Shown: piece after piece, positions 1-13,374 of the stretch
How positions within the stretch are numbered: the stretch's first letter is position 1
Layout of the letters: every line of letters begins with the position of its first letter
Assembly (NCBI GenBank): GCA_021613535.1
Contig: CP075492.1
Location: 5,394,001 to 5,458,000 of the forward strand
Origin: Adineta vaga
Taxonomy: Eukaryota; Animalia; Rotifera
Direction: 5' to 3'
Length of the DNA: 64,000 nt
The notes under the pieces: generated by a model
Databases searched by the model: none
What the model saw: the letters and a program-made list of their open reading frames with translations, nothing else
What the model was told of the DNA's origin: nothing
Translations under genes and position numbers: made by a program

Positions 1-810
1 CACGGGTTTGCATAAAAGTGATTCAACTTTGTCTCCAAAATTCAATATGAAATATAAAAGATCATAGACTCCAATATACAATGTTGTCCATTAGCAACGT
101 TTGTATTTTATGTATCGGGAGAGAAGACACTTATTGTCTCGGCAAAAACAGACAGAATCCTTATGAATTCTCCTTAATTACATGATAGAATCATTTAAAG
201 TTACGTAGTCATGCAGTGAACCATTTTAGTTTCCTCTATCTGGTTGGATTACTTATTATGATTCAACATGAGGAGAAAAGAAAAACCTTTTAAAGATCTA
301 CAAGCATTAAGTAGAACCTGATAGGTTCATCACTCTCCTACAAAAGACTTTCTGTGGTTTGGCATTACTCGGTAGACTCATCTCCAGTACCGCATTGATC
401 GGCAGAACCAATTAGAGTTCAATGTTGTTGATTAAAATTATCTATGGTCTTTCAGTTCTGTAAGTAGCAAAGAGTCAAAAATAGTTCTCCAAAACTACTT
501 TTGCTAAAAAACGATTTTAGAAATGCGTTAAAAATGAGTGTTCAGTTTTATAAACATATTTATATAGTAAAAACCAAAGCTTAGTTTAATAAAACACTCT
601 TTGATGCTCCATATCTTTGGCGTGCTTGTTTTAGTAAAAGAAATTTTCATTTATGGAAAGGAACTGAACTCAACGATCTTGGACGGAAAATTAAAACAAT
701 AAACGAAGAAAAAACGAAGATTTTGAGTTTCTCTAGAAAAGGTCTAATATGGCAAGATTTGATTATTGAAACTACGGAATTTTTAACCAAAAAGAGATAC
801 TGAGAAAAAG

Positions 811-3045
811 GGTTCCATGACAGTTCCGCGCACGACACTACCGCGTACGACTCTTGCGCACATTGACATTTCAGTGTATGAACATTATCGCGCACGACAC
901 TTTAGCGGACGACATATATGCGAATTTTTTTAATCTCTTTTCTATTTGATCAATAAGCTTACGACTATTAATCAGAGAAGGTTGTGTTCTTTTTTTGGTC
1001 GATTGATTTAGGTGAAACCGGATATCTTAAAGATTAATTGGATTAGATAATAATGAGTGGATAAGTATAATTGACACGTTAATGAGAAGAAATAAGATGA
1101 AATTGACTAAATATTATATATATATATACAAGATAAGTTCATGTCAAAAATAAAAATGTCTCTTATCAAGTCAAGTAAAGGAAACGATCAACTTCTACTT
1201 GATGGTTTTCGTTATCGTCAAGATAAGACAATGTGCCGTTGTGTAAAGGACAAGTGTAAAGGTCGTGCTCGTTCTGATGGAAATACGTTCAAAATGTACC
1301 AAGATCATGCATGTCAAGCGCCAGATCCAGACGAAATTGAAAAAGCTTTATTTAATTATGAAATTAGGAAGAAAGCTAAAGAATGTCATGATTCACCAAG
1401 ATTAATAATACACGAAGCTCGACTTAAATTATCTTCAGATGCTGCTATTACTAGTCCTCAATACATTACATCAACACGTACTATTCAACGTATTCGAAGA
1501 GATGATAATATTCCATCAGGATCTAAAACACTCGCCGATATTATTATTCCATTAAATTTTCAAAATACTATTATGAATCAAAAGTTTCTTTTATATGATA
1601 ATAATAATGTTAATCGTCGATTATTGATATTTGCTAGCCAAGAACAATTGGATTTCTTAAATCAATGTGAAATTTGGCATTGTGATAGTACATTTGCTGT
1701 AAGTAGTTGAAATATATCCAAAATTTAAAACGAAATCTTCTATTTATAGGTTGCGCCTAAAATGTTTGAGCAAATGTATTCTATACATGGCTCTATACGT
1801 GGAAAAAGCTTACCATTGGTTTACTCATTGTTATCTAACAAAGATGAAGAAATTTATGAAGAATTATTCAAAATTATCAAACAACATGTTACACGTAAAC
1901 CAAAATACCTTTCAATCGATTTTGAAAAAGCAGCTGAAAACTCGTTTGGTGTTATATATCCTAAATGTGAAATATTTGGGTGTCTTTTTTCATTTTAAAC
2001 AATGCATTTGGAGACGTATTTGTGTAAGTTTATTTGATTCATAATGAAATATAAGTTTTCCTTGCAGGTGATAAATGTTTTGATTTTTTTCCAGGAATTA
2101 CATTTGAAAAAAGAATTTCTTGAAAATGATGTTAGTCGTCGAACAATGAAAAATTTAGCTGCTCTTGCATTCATTCCAGCACAAAATGTTATTGAAGAAT
2201 TGGTCCGTATTAAAGAAAATTCATCAGAAGTTTTAGACGGTAAATAAACTTTTGCATAAGTATTTATAGATCCAATGGAAAATTCTTACTTTATAGAGCT
2301 ATTCGTATATTTCGAAGACAATTTCATCGGACTTATAATGTCCAGAAATCGTCGAAAGTCTCCACGATTTAGTATATCCATGTGGAACTGTTTTTCAAGA
2401 GTGCATTTAGATTTGCCACGTACTAATAATGCAGTCGAAGGTTGGCATACTGTCTTTCATGTATGTATAATTGAAATTTTATCCATTTCAATATTGTTTA
2501 TTTCTCACATGGAATGTTGTTGGTGATCATCCAAGTTTTTACAAATTCATCAATGATATTAAAAGAGAAGAACACAATTCAATTGTAACTTTGAATCAAG
2601 TTCATGCTGGCACACAGAATCTAAAGAAATGAAAAAACTAAGCCAAAATCGATGAGCGAATAAAAAGTATGGTGAAAGAGTTTCATAATGTTTCACGTGA
2701 CGACTACTTCAAAATAGTCAGACCTATGTTTAACTTTTGAATATGTTGCTTACTAACTGTTATGTTACGATTTTCTTTTTTTGTTTTCATTAATTTATTT
2801 GTCAATAAATATTATTCAACTATACTTCTTTTTACTTGTTTAACTGGTTTTTCAAAATACATTTTAAATAGAGAAATAGTTGTGAAGTGTGCAATGGGCT
2901 ACACACGTGATATATGAATAGAACAAAAAAAATTTTTGCGTATGTCGTGCGCGGTAGTGTTCATGCGCTGATGTGTCAATGCGCGCAAGAGCCGTGCGCG
3001 GTGGTGTCGTGTGTGGTAATGTCGGCGCGGTAGTGTTGGACCGTG
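811..3045 (+). mobile_element. Mutator-like (MULE) DNA transposon, decayed
   Basis: Imperfect ~115-bp TIRs built from CACTACCGCGCACGA-like subrepeats (811-930 vs 2925-3045). Candidate 9-bp TSD gagaaaaag (802-810) / gaggaaaag (3046-3054). Encloses a FLYWCH-MULE transposase. Confidence 0.85.
1141..2739 (+). pseudogene. FLYWCH + MULE DDE transposase, 5 exons, disrupted
   Basis: Motifs LLLDGFRY..CRC..CKGR..H, WHCDSTFAVAP (joined across intron 1699-1749), IDFEKAA, GCLF/HFKQCIWR and PRTNNAVEGWH. Frameshift in a T-run near 1990, damaged last acceptor (~2510) and stops at ~2630-2641. Confidence 0.85.
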
Positions 3046-3806
3046 GAGGAAAAGGATCGTCATTTTTGAAAGATCTGGAAGCAGGTTGCCTTCCAATTGT
3101 GTGAGAATGCTTGAGCCATTGAAGAACTTGTTCATCAAATCAAAAAAGAGTATTAAGGAACTTTCTTGGGTAATTCAGCTTAGTTATTCTGTTATAAAAA
3201 CAGAATGAATCTGACCCAGTTCTATTCAATTTTAAGTGCCGTATGTTGTTGTATTTTATATAATTTGTTTGGCGGTTCTTAATGAGTTGGATACTATACT
3301 ATTAATAAAAGCTGTCAGTCTGCAATAAGCTCTCGCATCATTCTTTTTTTTTTCATAAAAAAGCGAACTGATTTCTATAGTATCCAACAATCAGACTGTA
3401 GAAATCAATTAAATTTTCCGAATATAATTCTAACATGGAATACAATCGCAAGACTTTTGGTGAGATACAAGTGAAATAGATCTGGTTATTCGATCAGAAA
3501 CAGCAGATTTGTGAAAGATCAAATGCGGGTGTTTACCTTTTCCGATCTACTCCACTAGTTGAATTAGATCCTTGAAGATATTTTATATCAAAATAGAAAA
3601 TGTCTTCCATTGTGTGAAAATAGAATAGTTCTAGTTTTTTAAAGAAACTTGTACTTTTCAGGTCATAATTTCTTCCTTCATTATACTAACGTCCTGCTCA
3701 TAAACTGTTAATCATTTATCAATAATCAAACCAGTTCTGGTTGAGAAATGTTCGCCTTATTCTAAAATTCTCGCTACTTGAAACAAATATCATATAGCTA
3801 TCAGTG

Positions 3807-4934
3807 ATGCACCTCGGAATGTTTCGTCAATCCATATATTTGCTTATGGTTATGTGCATTATGTCAATTGCGTTTGTTATATTAAATATAATAGTCGTTA
3901 ACAAAATTGTTTCAAATCATTTATTTTATATGTGGGATCTTATTGGTTTATCATCATTCACATCTCAAAGCTCTTATGCAGAGCATGTAACATGCTCTGC
4001 GAATGATATATTAGTCCAAGCGAACAAGTTTCAACAACTTTTCTCCCAAGATAAATTCTGGTCAGCCTGTTATAAAAATGACTACCTAACGATGCTCTAT
4101 CTTGCTGATTTGAATAAACCAAGACAGCAAAAAAAACTCTTGTTTGATATTGGAGCAAATAAAGGTTACAATATAGCTGCATGGTTATCAATGTGGAAGC
4201 CAGAAATGGGTATCAATTCGAAAACTCTGCATGAATTTCTGTCACAACTGTTAAATGCAAATCATTGTGGAGTCTGCTCAGATTGTAACGAAACGACACC
4301 AAGCAATATACAGACAAGCAGCTATCTTGATACTACGTTCGAAATTCATGCGTTTGAACCAATAGAAAGCACTTATAAAGTTCTTCGTCAAATACGTACT
4401 TGGATGAATATTTCTACTTTATACATTCATCAATTAGCAATTACTAATACTACCGGTATAGCTAATATGAGAAAATGCCCCGTCGGAGGAGAGTCATGTG
4501 GACTGATGAACGAAGACGATCCCGTATCAGAAAACGAAAAGGTCTTTCAAACTCAGACGATGACGCTTGATGACTTTGTTAAGCAAAAAAAAATAAGAAC
4601 AAAAATAGATCTACTCAAAATTGACACAGAGGGTGCTGATCCACTTGTCTTACAAGGCGCTAAGAAATTATTTTCAAAAGAACAGGTTAGAATGCTTATT
4701 TTTGAGAATCATGAAATTGGCGCATGGAAAACAACTCGTCTATTAACGGTTATAGAAACACTTAATATGCAAGGCTTTACCTGTTACATGCTTGGTAAAA
4801 CGGGTTTAGTACTCTTGACAAACTGTTGGTCTTCTGCACTTGATGTAAAACAATGGAGTAATGTCTTATGCATCCATCGACGAGAGAAACATCTCCTGCG
4901 TCTTTTAGACGCACTTCTCATTACCAGTATTTGA
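3807..4934 (+). CDS. FkbM-family (Methyltransf_21) SAM-dependent methyltransferase with N-terminal signal anchor, intronless
   Basis: SAM motif LLFDIGANKG, IHAFEP, TLDDF and IDLLKIDTEGAD. Hydrophobic N-terminal helix. First ATG at 3807. Confidence 0.88.
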   Translation: MHLGMFRQSIYLLMVMCIMSIAFVILNIIVVNKIVSNHLFYMWDLIGLSSFTSQSSYAEHVTCSANDILVQANKFQQLFSQDKFWSACYKNDYLTMLYLADLNKPRQQKKLLFDIGANKGYNIAAWLSMWKPEMGINSKTLHEFLSQLLNANHCGVCSDCNETTPSNIQTSSYLDTTFEIHAFEPIESTYKVLRQIRTWMNISTLYIHQLAITNTTGIANMRKCPVGGESCGLMNEDDPVSENEKVFQTQTMTLDDFVKQKKIRTKIDLLKIDTEGADPLVLQGAKKLFSKEQVRMLIFENHEIGAWKTTRLLTVIETLNMQGFTCYMLGKTGLVLLTNCWSSALDVKQWSNVLCIHRREKHLLRLLDALLITSI

Positions 4935-7900
4935 TTTAAGAAGTACAACGCGTGCGAAAAAGTGGTTCTAGGCTTTCCAAAATGAGTATCTTATTTTATA
5001 AGAAACCATTACTTTTGTTTCTGTTTTTGAAAAATCACTGAAAAGAGAATGTATTAGTAATATTTTATTGATCGATGAGTTGGCTGAGAATGTTATGCTT
5101 TCATTAGCCCAATTTTCAACACTGCAGTTCCTTATTACGCCTAGTACTTCTTAACATGTTAACACTTGAAGATTGAAACTGATCAGAGATCCAAAGAAGA
5201 GTATTATTGGTAGCCTGATCGTTCTACTATGAAAAAATAGAGTTGTGCATAATATTTCAAAAAACATAAAAGACTTCGTTCAATAACATCAAACTATGGA
5301 AAGCTCAGCCGATTAGATCTGGGCAAGAAAAGACTCCATGCTTTTATATTAAATTCTTCAAATTTTTTCATAGTGTCATGGATCGGGTGGATTATATTCT
5401 ATCATTGCGCAGCTTCAAAATGTTGTGTATCCATGCTAAACTATACAAAGATTTATTTTAGATGATACCGAACCCAAGAAGCTTTTGTTTTGAAGCACAG
5501 AACTGCATAGATTTCTGTCTGAAAATGTTACACCCTCAAGCTATTTACGTAGGGCACTAAAAAACGTTTTTCATCCAGTTCGTCTAAAAGTCTCAGATTG
5601 AGTTTATGTAAACTATTATAACGCTTATATGTGCTTAGGATTGTGCGCAAAATTTCAGACTTTTAAGTATTGTTCTTTCTTATTTCCTCAACTGAAAGGA
5701 GACTCATATGAAAAAAACTAGTTTGTATGTATGTGTGTTTGTGTCAGGGTCAAAGGTCACATACAAAAGAATCATTCCGAGGTGGGTATGGGTGAGGTGA
5801 TAGGTGGGAGAGAGGTGCGGGTGAAGAGCCAAAAATCAAAGTTCAAAGGTAAAAAAAATATCTTCAAAACGACGGAAAAGATTGCAAAATCAACAGTAGG
5901 GTGAGGCTGGAGTGATGGGTGGGTGTGTGAGTGGAGTGTGGGTGAAGGGTCAAAGATCAAAAACACTTTTTTTCGAAATGGTCCAAAAATTCAGAAGAAT
6001 TCGATACGCGATGGATTCAGAAGTCAAACAAACAAGTTTTTAAAATTCTAGGGTTATCCAATGACACAACCGTTTTTGATAATGAGACTTGGACCAATGA
6101 GAGTTCTTCATGGTCTAGCATTACTCACATTTGTTTCTTTGACCTTAGATTTTGGATCGATCATGTTTTTTCGTTCAAAAAATCCAGCCAATTATGGTTT
6201 TTTTGATACTTGCCTATGAACCATTATAAGGTTTTATCAGGCTAGATATTGAGTCAGTCAAATATTCTATAATGGTTTGGGTAAACGATACTATTTAATC
6301 AGAGTGTCTAGTTCGATCTGTTCATCATAATGAATTGTTCCTTTGACTGTGGTGAGGATCATAAGAAAAAAAGTTTGCATATGTGTTTGAGAATGCTGAT
6401 ATTGGTCAAGAGAATATCGTTTAAGACTAGACATAGCTCAACAAACGCATGGTTATGGTACTGTAAAGAGGTTCTGAAGGGCTATATTATGGACGTGTGG
6501 GTGTGGATTATACTGCGCACTACGAAAGCTTTTAAAGCGTACTCAAAGAAGACACAATTTATGCTGATTAATAAGAATTTAGTCGAGGGCCAAGCGAGTC
6601 AGCCTCGACGAGTGTTATTTATAGCCTATAATTTCTTTTACATCAACCACACTCCACTTTTTATATGATACATGGCAGGTAGGGTGTGTGTGGGTGTGAG
6701 TATTATATCTCTCTAACACCCACACCACAACCACACCCTAGTTTTTTAGTTTTTTTGTACAAAATACAATAGAAACTAGCTTAACAACTGAATAATTCAA
6801 TTTAGTTAAAATTGATTCGAACGAAAGCTAAACGAATTTGTGATAGGAGTATGTCTGAAGCGTATACGATGCCGTATCTATATATGTAATTGATTATTCT
6901 ATTTATCATATTAATTGGACTTAATACTTGAAATACTGAGGACCAAGAGTTTTGCACTTTACTATATATCAAGGGAAAAACATCGCTACAAAATAATTGT
7001 GTGATCTCCAAAAGTTAAGACGATTTTTTATGAAATATTGTGATAAAAGTTTTTCAATAACTCTAATACAGGTCATACCATACGGTGTTTTTTAATTCTC
7101 TAAATATTCCAATACTTGTCGAAACACCCAAAACAAATTTAGTTTTATAGCTTTTAATGAAAAACAAACACTTTCCAACATATGATGCAAGAGATATTAC
7201 TGTGTTTTCCGACAGTAGATGTTTATTATATCATTCAGATTAACTTAGGAAAATATGTTTTACTTAACGACTGATTAAGAAAAAATCCTTGTGTTCGGCC
7301 GAACTTGTTAGTATTTTGCTGAAATACAAGAGTGCAAATAGTGGTGAAACTGTCTCTTTCTAAATACATACCACACTGTTAGCCCCATACTCAGATTCGT
7401 ATCCATCTTTGCCACATCCTCGAACTTTCTTTGCTTTCTGATTTTTCTGTGAACCATCCTCACTCTGCCTAATCTATGATATAATAAAAAATAGCATAAT
7501 TTCAATGGTTATTCTTTCTCAGACAAACTTCAAGATTAGAAAACTTTGAATGCTCATACAAGTGGTACAAGGGTAGTAGTCGTTTTAAAAAAGTTTGAGG
7601 AAAATCTATCGAGCTGAATGGAAGAAAGACTATTCCCAAGATAGATCGCTTTTGAGCCTATATTATAAAATAAACTAAAATTGGCGATCATACTTTTCCA
7701 AGACATATCTCTTATTAAATAGGATAATTGTAATTCTCATCTTGAAACGTATATCTATTAAAAATCTTTTATTTCTATCGTATTTTGACGAGGTGATGTC
7801 GTAAAAATACTGTATAGAATAACTAAAGGAAAAATCTAAATCTGATAAAAAGATATTCTTGATGATTTCTTTAGATTTTCCATATCTCAGCTAAAATTCA

Positions 7901-8225
7901 AGGTTTATGGCTAAAACTTTGGTTTTATGCATAAAAACATTTTCTCTGAAAGATGAATAAGCCTCAGTTGATTCCATGATCATTGATTGAGCAGCTATAT
8001 TGAGCAACTCTTTGTCTCTCTCTTATGAAATGGCTCCTAAAGACATTTAATAAGAATTTCTAAGAAAAGATGTACGCGGTAATGATGAGTACAATGGATC
8101 CGTATTCATCGACACTCACATTTTCACATATAATTTTCAGTATTTTAATATAACTTTTATCAGAGAAAAGCTGTAATTTAATAATACAATGTAGCGTACA
8201 ATTGTTCTGATGACACGCATATTGT

Positions 8226-10311
8226 TCAGCGATCCAGGAAACCTTTCGATCGATGATGATCAAAAATCGTTGGATAAGGTCGTTTGTGCATTTCTCCCCA
8301 TTGAGATGGGTCTGGGTAAACTGTAAGGTTCCATTTTTTTGCAAGAAGACTCATAATAGCTTGATCATGTCGATGATCACGAAAGTCAGGATAGTTACCA
8401 AAACCAAGGACATTATCATCATCTGTAATTGCTCGAGGATCTTGTGCGTAGGCCAACCATTCTGATACAAATGCCACACTGGTAAAACTTTTTTTAACTA
8501 CCATATAAGAGGCAAGATTTGACCATGTTTCAGTATATTCTGGCTTGTCAGCATTTAGAAGAATCAATGTATCTCGTTTCATCCATATTGATTCCTGAGG
8601 AGAAAATTGAAAACATGATTTTTCTGTATTCATTTATACTGTTCAAACTATTCTATTTAAATAATAATACAGAGCACAAAACTATATTATGTACGTTTTT
8701 ATAAAGAAAGATTACTTCTACACATTGTGAAGCTTTGCAGGTACGCTAATAAAGCTTGAGTAAAGAGACTTTCCTTTCCACTGATAATAAGAGTTCCGCT
8801 GAACTCGATGTAGCTATCACATTCATGAGTATCCTGCATGTATCTGATTCGTAAATAATCTAGTGTTTATTTTTTTACGATCTACTGAAATTTTACGCAA
8901 TGATAGTGGAACAACGCTGTGGTCTTTCTGAAAAATATCGACGTCGAAAATTTCACAAAAGCTTTTTGATCAAGTATGCATTGGCTCGGTTTAAATAGAT
9001 TTGGTAATTAGTTCAAGTTAAAAAGATACATAATGTTACTATAAAAAATTCATAGATATGCAACACCAGGTTGTGCGTAACTATACTAGTAAAGATAAAT
9101 CATGTAATCTTAATCTTTTTACAGCAGACGTTTTATCAAGCACTCTACAGAAAGTGTAAAACTACATCTATATGGATCTGTTCTGATGATGTTTCGATAT
9201 TTAAGCTGAACAAGTCATACACTGATGCTATTCCAAACTGCACTAAGCAACGTATCACTATTTAGAATATTCTATTGATTTTGAAGCCATCTCGGTTTTT
9301 TGAGAATCATCGCATTTTTATAATTTTTTAAAATATGCGCCATGGTTAGCTGTAAAACAACAACATGAAAACATTTTAAAGATAAATAACTGACAATGTC
9401 TTGAAAAAATTTTTCTTTTAATAAATATCATCAGTAGGGATGTGCAGTTTCAGTGAAAACAGTTCAATAGGAATTTAGATTTTTTTCTTTGTTTTGCAGG
9501 AAATTTTACAGCCTATTCGTTAAAAGTTTTAATAATAGGATTTAATTACGAATAAAACCTTCGTAAAATATTCAAGGAGATAATCCTCATACCATATTGG
9601 GCGCAAATACTTAAAAACTGAGCATAGGAAATGACTATATCAATACTCGTTGTACAAAAGAAAAGTACGAGTATCTGGACATCGCTTAAACAAAACTAGC
9701 AGTCAGATAATACCAATTATATGTAGTTTAACTCAGATCCGAAAGAAAGTCATTTTTACCTTAAAACCTGTGAGTTGGAAAACGACAATATCTTGTTTTG
9801 TAGTTAATTCTGTTAAATAAGATATATTCGCAACAACATTAACTAATGCATCGGAATACACGATAATATCTCCATCTTGTGCCAGATAAAGTTCTTGAAA
9901 GATAATATACGGCTTCCACAACCAATAACCACCACCTCGCGTTCTGTCTAGAATTTTTTTGTTGCGACCAAAAAACATTGGATTATTAGCCAAGTTCTGC
10001 ATGTTAAACATAACACATTGCTGAATCCCATATTGCAAACCTGTCAAACAATTTTTTCTTTGTGATCGTCTACAACATTTATGAGCGAAATTAATCAAAA
10101 GTGGATAGCAACGTTGCACACCTGAGTTTGGTACATGTGTTACCACCGAATGGCATGAATTGTAAGTACCAGGAGAATTTTGAAATATTATTTGAGTAGA
10201 AAAACGTTCACTAATAAATAAAATGTGTACTATGACCACAGAGCAAATAATAGAAACGGCCAAAATACACAATAAACGGACACACCATCTGATCATTCTA
10301 CGCGACAGCAT
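8226..10311 (-). CDS. Putative glycosyltransferase (GYWLWKP...RHDQ family), type II membrane, 2 exons (10311-9760, 8594-8226)
   Basis: Two ORFs join in frame via a GT-AG intron 9759-8595 (TGFK|ESIWMKRD). Motifs RGGGYWLWKPYI, IVYSDA and DHRHDQAIMSLL. TM helix follows MLSRR; an upstream ATG at 10425 is possible. Confidence 0.75.
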
Positions 10312-10768
10312 ATTACGAAGAAGACCCACTTTAATTAACAAATAGTGAAGAATTTCTTGTAATACACACAATATCCGGAACGTAGATGCGATTGAAGAAG
10401 AATTATGATATTCGTGCGTGCTCATTGAGTTTTCCTCGTCTCATACTTTTTCCTGTTATTTATACATGCAGTAGTGATCGAAATGACTCATACAACTTGG
10501 AGAAACAAACTGATCGTAATACTGAATATTTTGCAAATATCTCAGCTACTACGAATGCCCTAATTATAACTGTTTCTTCTAAAAGATATGCTTTGAAGTT
10601 CTCTACAAGATTAGTCCGTAAAATAGTTTATGAACCGCTTGCAATAGCTTTCTTGATGCATCAAGAGCAGAATGCTTTTAAATAATAAAGTGCCTCGTTA
10701 TATGGATTACTATAACTAAATAGCTCCTTTTTTTAGAGCAAATGTTGTAGAGAATTGCATGGTATAAA

Positions 10769-11536
10769 CAGGGTAGCCAGATCAATATCTTAGAAATCGA
10801 AAAATTCGGAAAAATGGTTTTTAAGCTTTATGACCTTTAAGTTTGCGTTTTTCAGCTAAAAAAGCATTCCAAACTTGATTATTTTCTTTGCAGATATATT
10901 AGGCTTCGTCATGATTACAGTTAAAACAAATACATTAAATGTAGTGCTAGTAGAACCCAGTTTTTTTTCTTGGTTGTTTTAGAATTTGATGTGGTTGCTA
11001 GTTGAATAGAGATCGTAGCTTGATGAGATTCTTGTTCTTCTTCTTCACTTTCAATCATGCTAACAGATATATTATCAGATTTATCATTCATTACAACGTT
11101 TAATTTATTGTGAAATATAAGTGTTAAATAGAAAATGATACGTTCATTCATATTTACGTTCAGATTAAGTTTCTTTTAAAGGTACTATTGATTTGTATGA
11201 TTGTTTGAGAAAATCAAATATTGAACAAAACTGTTTCAACCAACTTTAGATATAATACGGTTTAGAAACAAATATTTAACATATTATATCTTCTCTCGAT
11301 TGATTTATTCCTACTCATCAAAATAATTAGTTGTCCAATGATCACAGGAAAATAGGGACGTCGCAATACGAAATTTTGTAAAATTTTCAACAAAAAAGAT
11401 AATGATAAGAAAATTTTTGAAAATAGTATGATTCGCAAAAATCACTAGAATTCCGATTCTGGAAGGTCGGAAAGCATTCGGAAAAAACTTCAAATTTCGG
11501 AAATTTTCGCAAAATTTGGATGATCTGGCAACCCCG
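10769..11536. mobile_element. hAT-like non-autonomous element
   Basis: Termini CAGGGTAGCCAGATCA / TGATCTGGCAACCCCG, subterminal TTCGGAA motifs, degenerate 8-bp flanks ggtataaa/ggtgtatc. Confidence 0.55.
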
Positions 11537-12008
11537 GGTGTATCTCTCAAAAGATACAATTAAACATGGAAAATTTTCTTCATGTTAGGATGCTTGCAGA
11601 ATGTTCAATATTACAATCAGCTTGAGGCTTTTAGCGATACAAATAATTTTAGTATAAATCAAAACTTTGATGACTTTTATTATTTTTACTATTGCAACAC
11701 TAATACGTATCTAACTGAACTAATGCTTCCATTGCAGCAACTGTTAATAACGAGCTATATTTGAGTGACAACCATAGCTCAAGAATGAAGGTGTGGGGGT
11801 ATCATCGCTACCAACTAAACATATCCGCCCTCACCCATACCTTCATCGAATGCATCTACTATATCGAAGAGAAAATGTAGTAAGTAGATATACTGATTGC
11901 TATTTCTTTATTGTGACAGGTGATGCATCTGCTTTCAGCATTTCTTCTATTTTGACAAGTTTCTTCTAGGTCAAGATATTTATGTGTATTATCATATATT
12001 TTATTTAA

Positions 12009-13374
12009 ATGAGCCACTCTCGTCGTAAAATCCGACGTTTATTCTTATTTGCTCGCAAACATTACGCTTATATGATATTTATTGGAATATTTGTTCGTGT
12101 TCTTTTTATTTTTCACAAAGAAATCATATATTATCTCTATATACAAACGCTAGATGTGCAACCATATGAAAAATCAATCACTATATGGAGTACAGATTTT
12201 CATACAGGGTATATTCGTACCACCGGGAAAAACTTAACTACAATGTGCTTGTTTTTTTTAATTTTTCAGTCCTATCCAAGATCTTAAAAACATGCTCATA
12301 CCTTTGGGTGTCAAATTTTTCGATAAAAGCCTTTCATATGGTTGCTCAAGAACGGGAACATGTTATTCTCCTCTACGTATACTAACACAAAAAAATGGGA
12401 TGAACCCATCAAAAGAAATTTCGTCTAAATTTTATCAATTTTATAAGAATCAAATTGAAATGAATGTTGTTGATGCATTCATTTGCTTTCATCCAGCAGG
12501 AATGTGTGAATTATATATGCCATTTAATCGAAGTATTATTATCATTGCATCAACACGCTATGAACTAGCTAGATTTGACCCACATCAATGGATGCAATTG
12601 AATGAAAATCTGAAAAGAATTTCACAAGATCCAAAAAATGTCATCGCTGCTAATAATTTATACGATGCCGAATATATACATTATTTTACTGGTATCGATG
12701 TAACTCTCTTAACGAGTCTTTGCAATTATACAAATGTTCAATATCATCGAACCAAAAAAGAATTTTTACTTGCTCCTATTCATGAACCGAAGTTTGATAT
12801 ATTATTGAGAAAAATGCTTGATAAATCGCTACAAGAACACGAAGAAAAACATATACGAATAGTACCACTTCGAGAAATATATCGTGATTATACATATTCT
12901 GATTTATCTCATCATCCTGCGATTATTCATGTTCCTTATCAAGTTTCAGTCATGAGTTTGTTCGAACAATATCGAATGAATATTCCGCTTCTATTTCCAT
13001 CACTTGATCTTTTAACTCGATGGCATGTTGAATATGGTGCAGTCAATGAAAAAACTTGGGATCAGGTTCTCTATGGCGTTAAGCCACATCGCTCACATAT
13101 TGATGGGATATTAACAAATGTGCCAGATCCAAATAATGACCGCAATGAATCCTCGATCAGATATTGGTTGAAATTCTCAGATTTTTATCAATGGCCACAT
13201 ATTATATATTTTGAGTCAATTGATGATCTGATTCAAAAACTGAGCTCGACAGATTTCGATATGATTAGTAAGAAAATGAAGAAATATAATGAGAAAGTTA
13301 GAAGAAATTTACTAAAAAAGTGGAAAAACATACTTCAAAAGATAAAACGATATTCAAGAAAATACACTAAGTGA
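12009..13374 (+). CDS. Uncharacterised type II membrane glycosyltransferase-like protein, 2 exons (12009-12208, 12270-13374)
   Basis: A 61-bp GT-AG intron joins WSTDFHTG-PIQDLK in frame. Basic tail then TM helix. C-terminal HPAIIHVPYQVSVMSLFEQYRMNIPLLFPS resembles a GT-B nucleotide-sugar-binding segment. Confidence 0.75.

Noticed and set aside
1-810. Possible minus-strand gene interrupted by the MULE (ORFs 647-895 and 2899-3138)
   Set aside because: Rejoining across the TSD gives multiple stops and no recognisable motif.
825-3040. 15-bp CACGAC/GTCGTG repeats resembling a CRISPR or iteron array
   Set aside because: They are the subrepeats of the MULE TIRs. There are no unique spacers or cas genes, and the context is eukaryotic.
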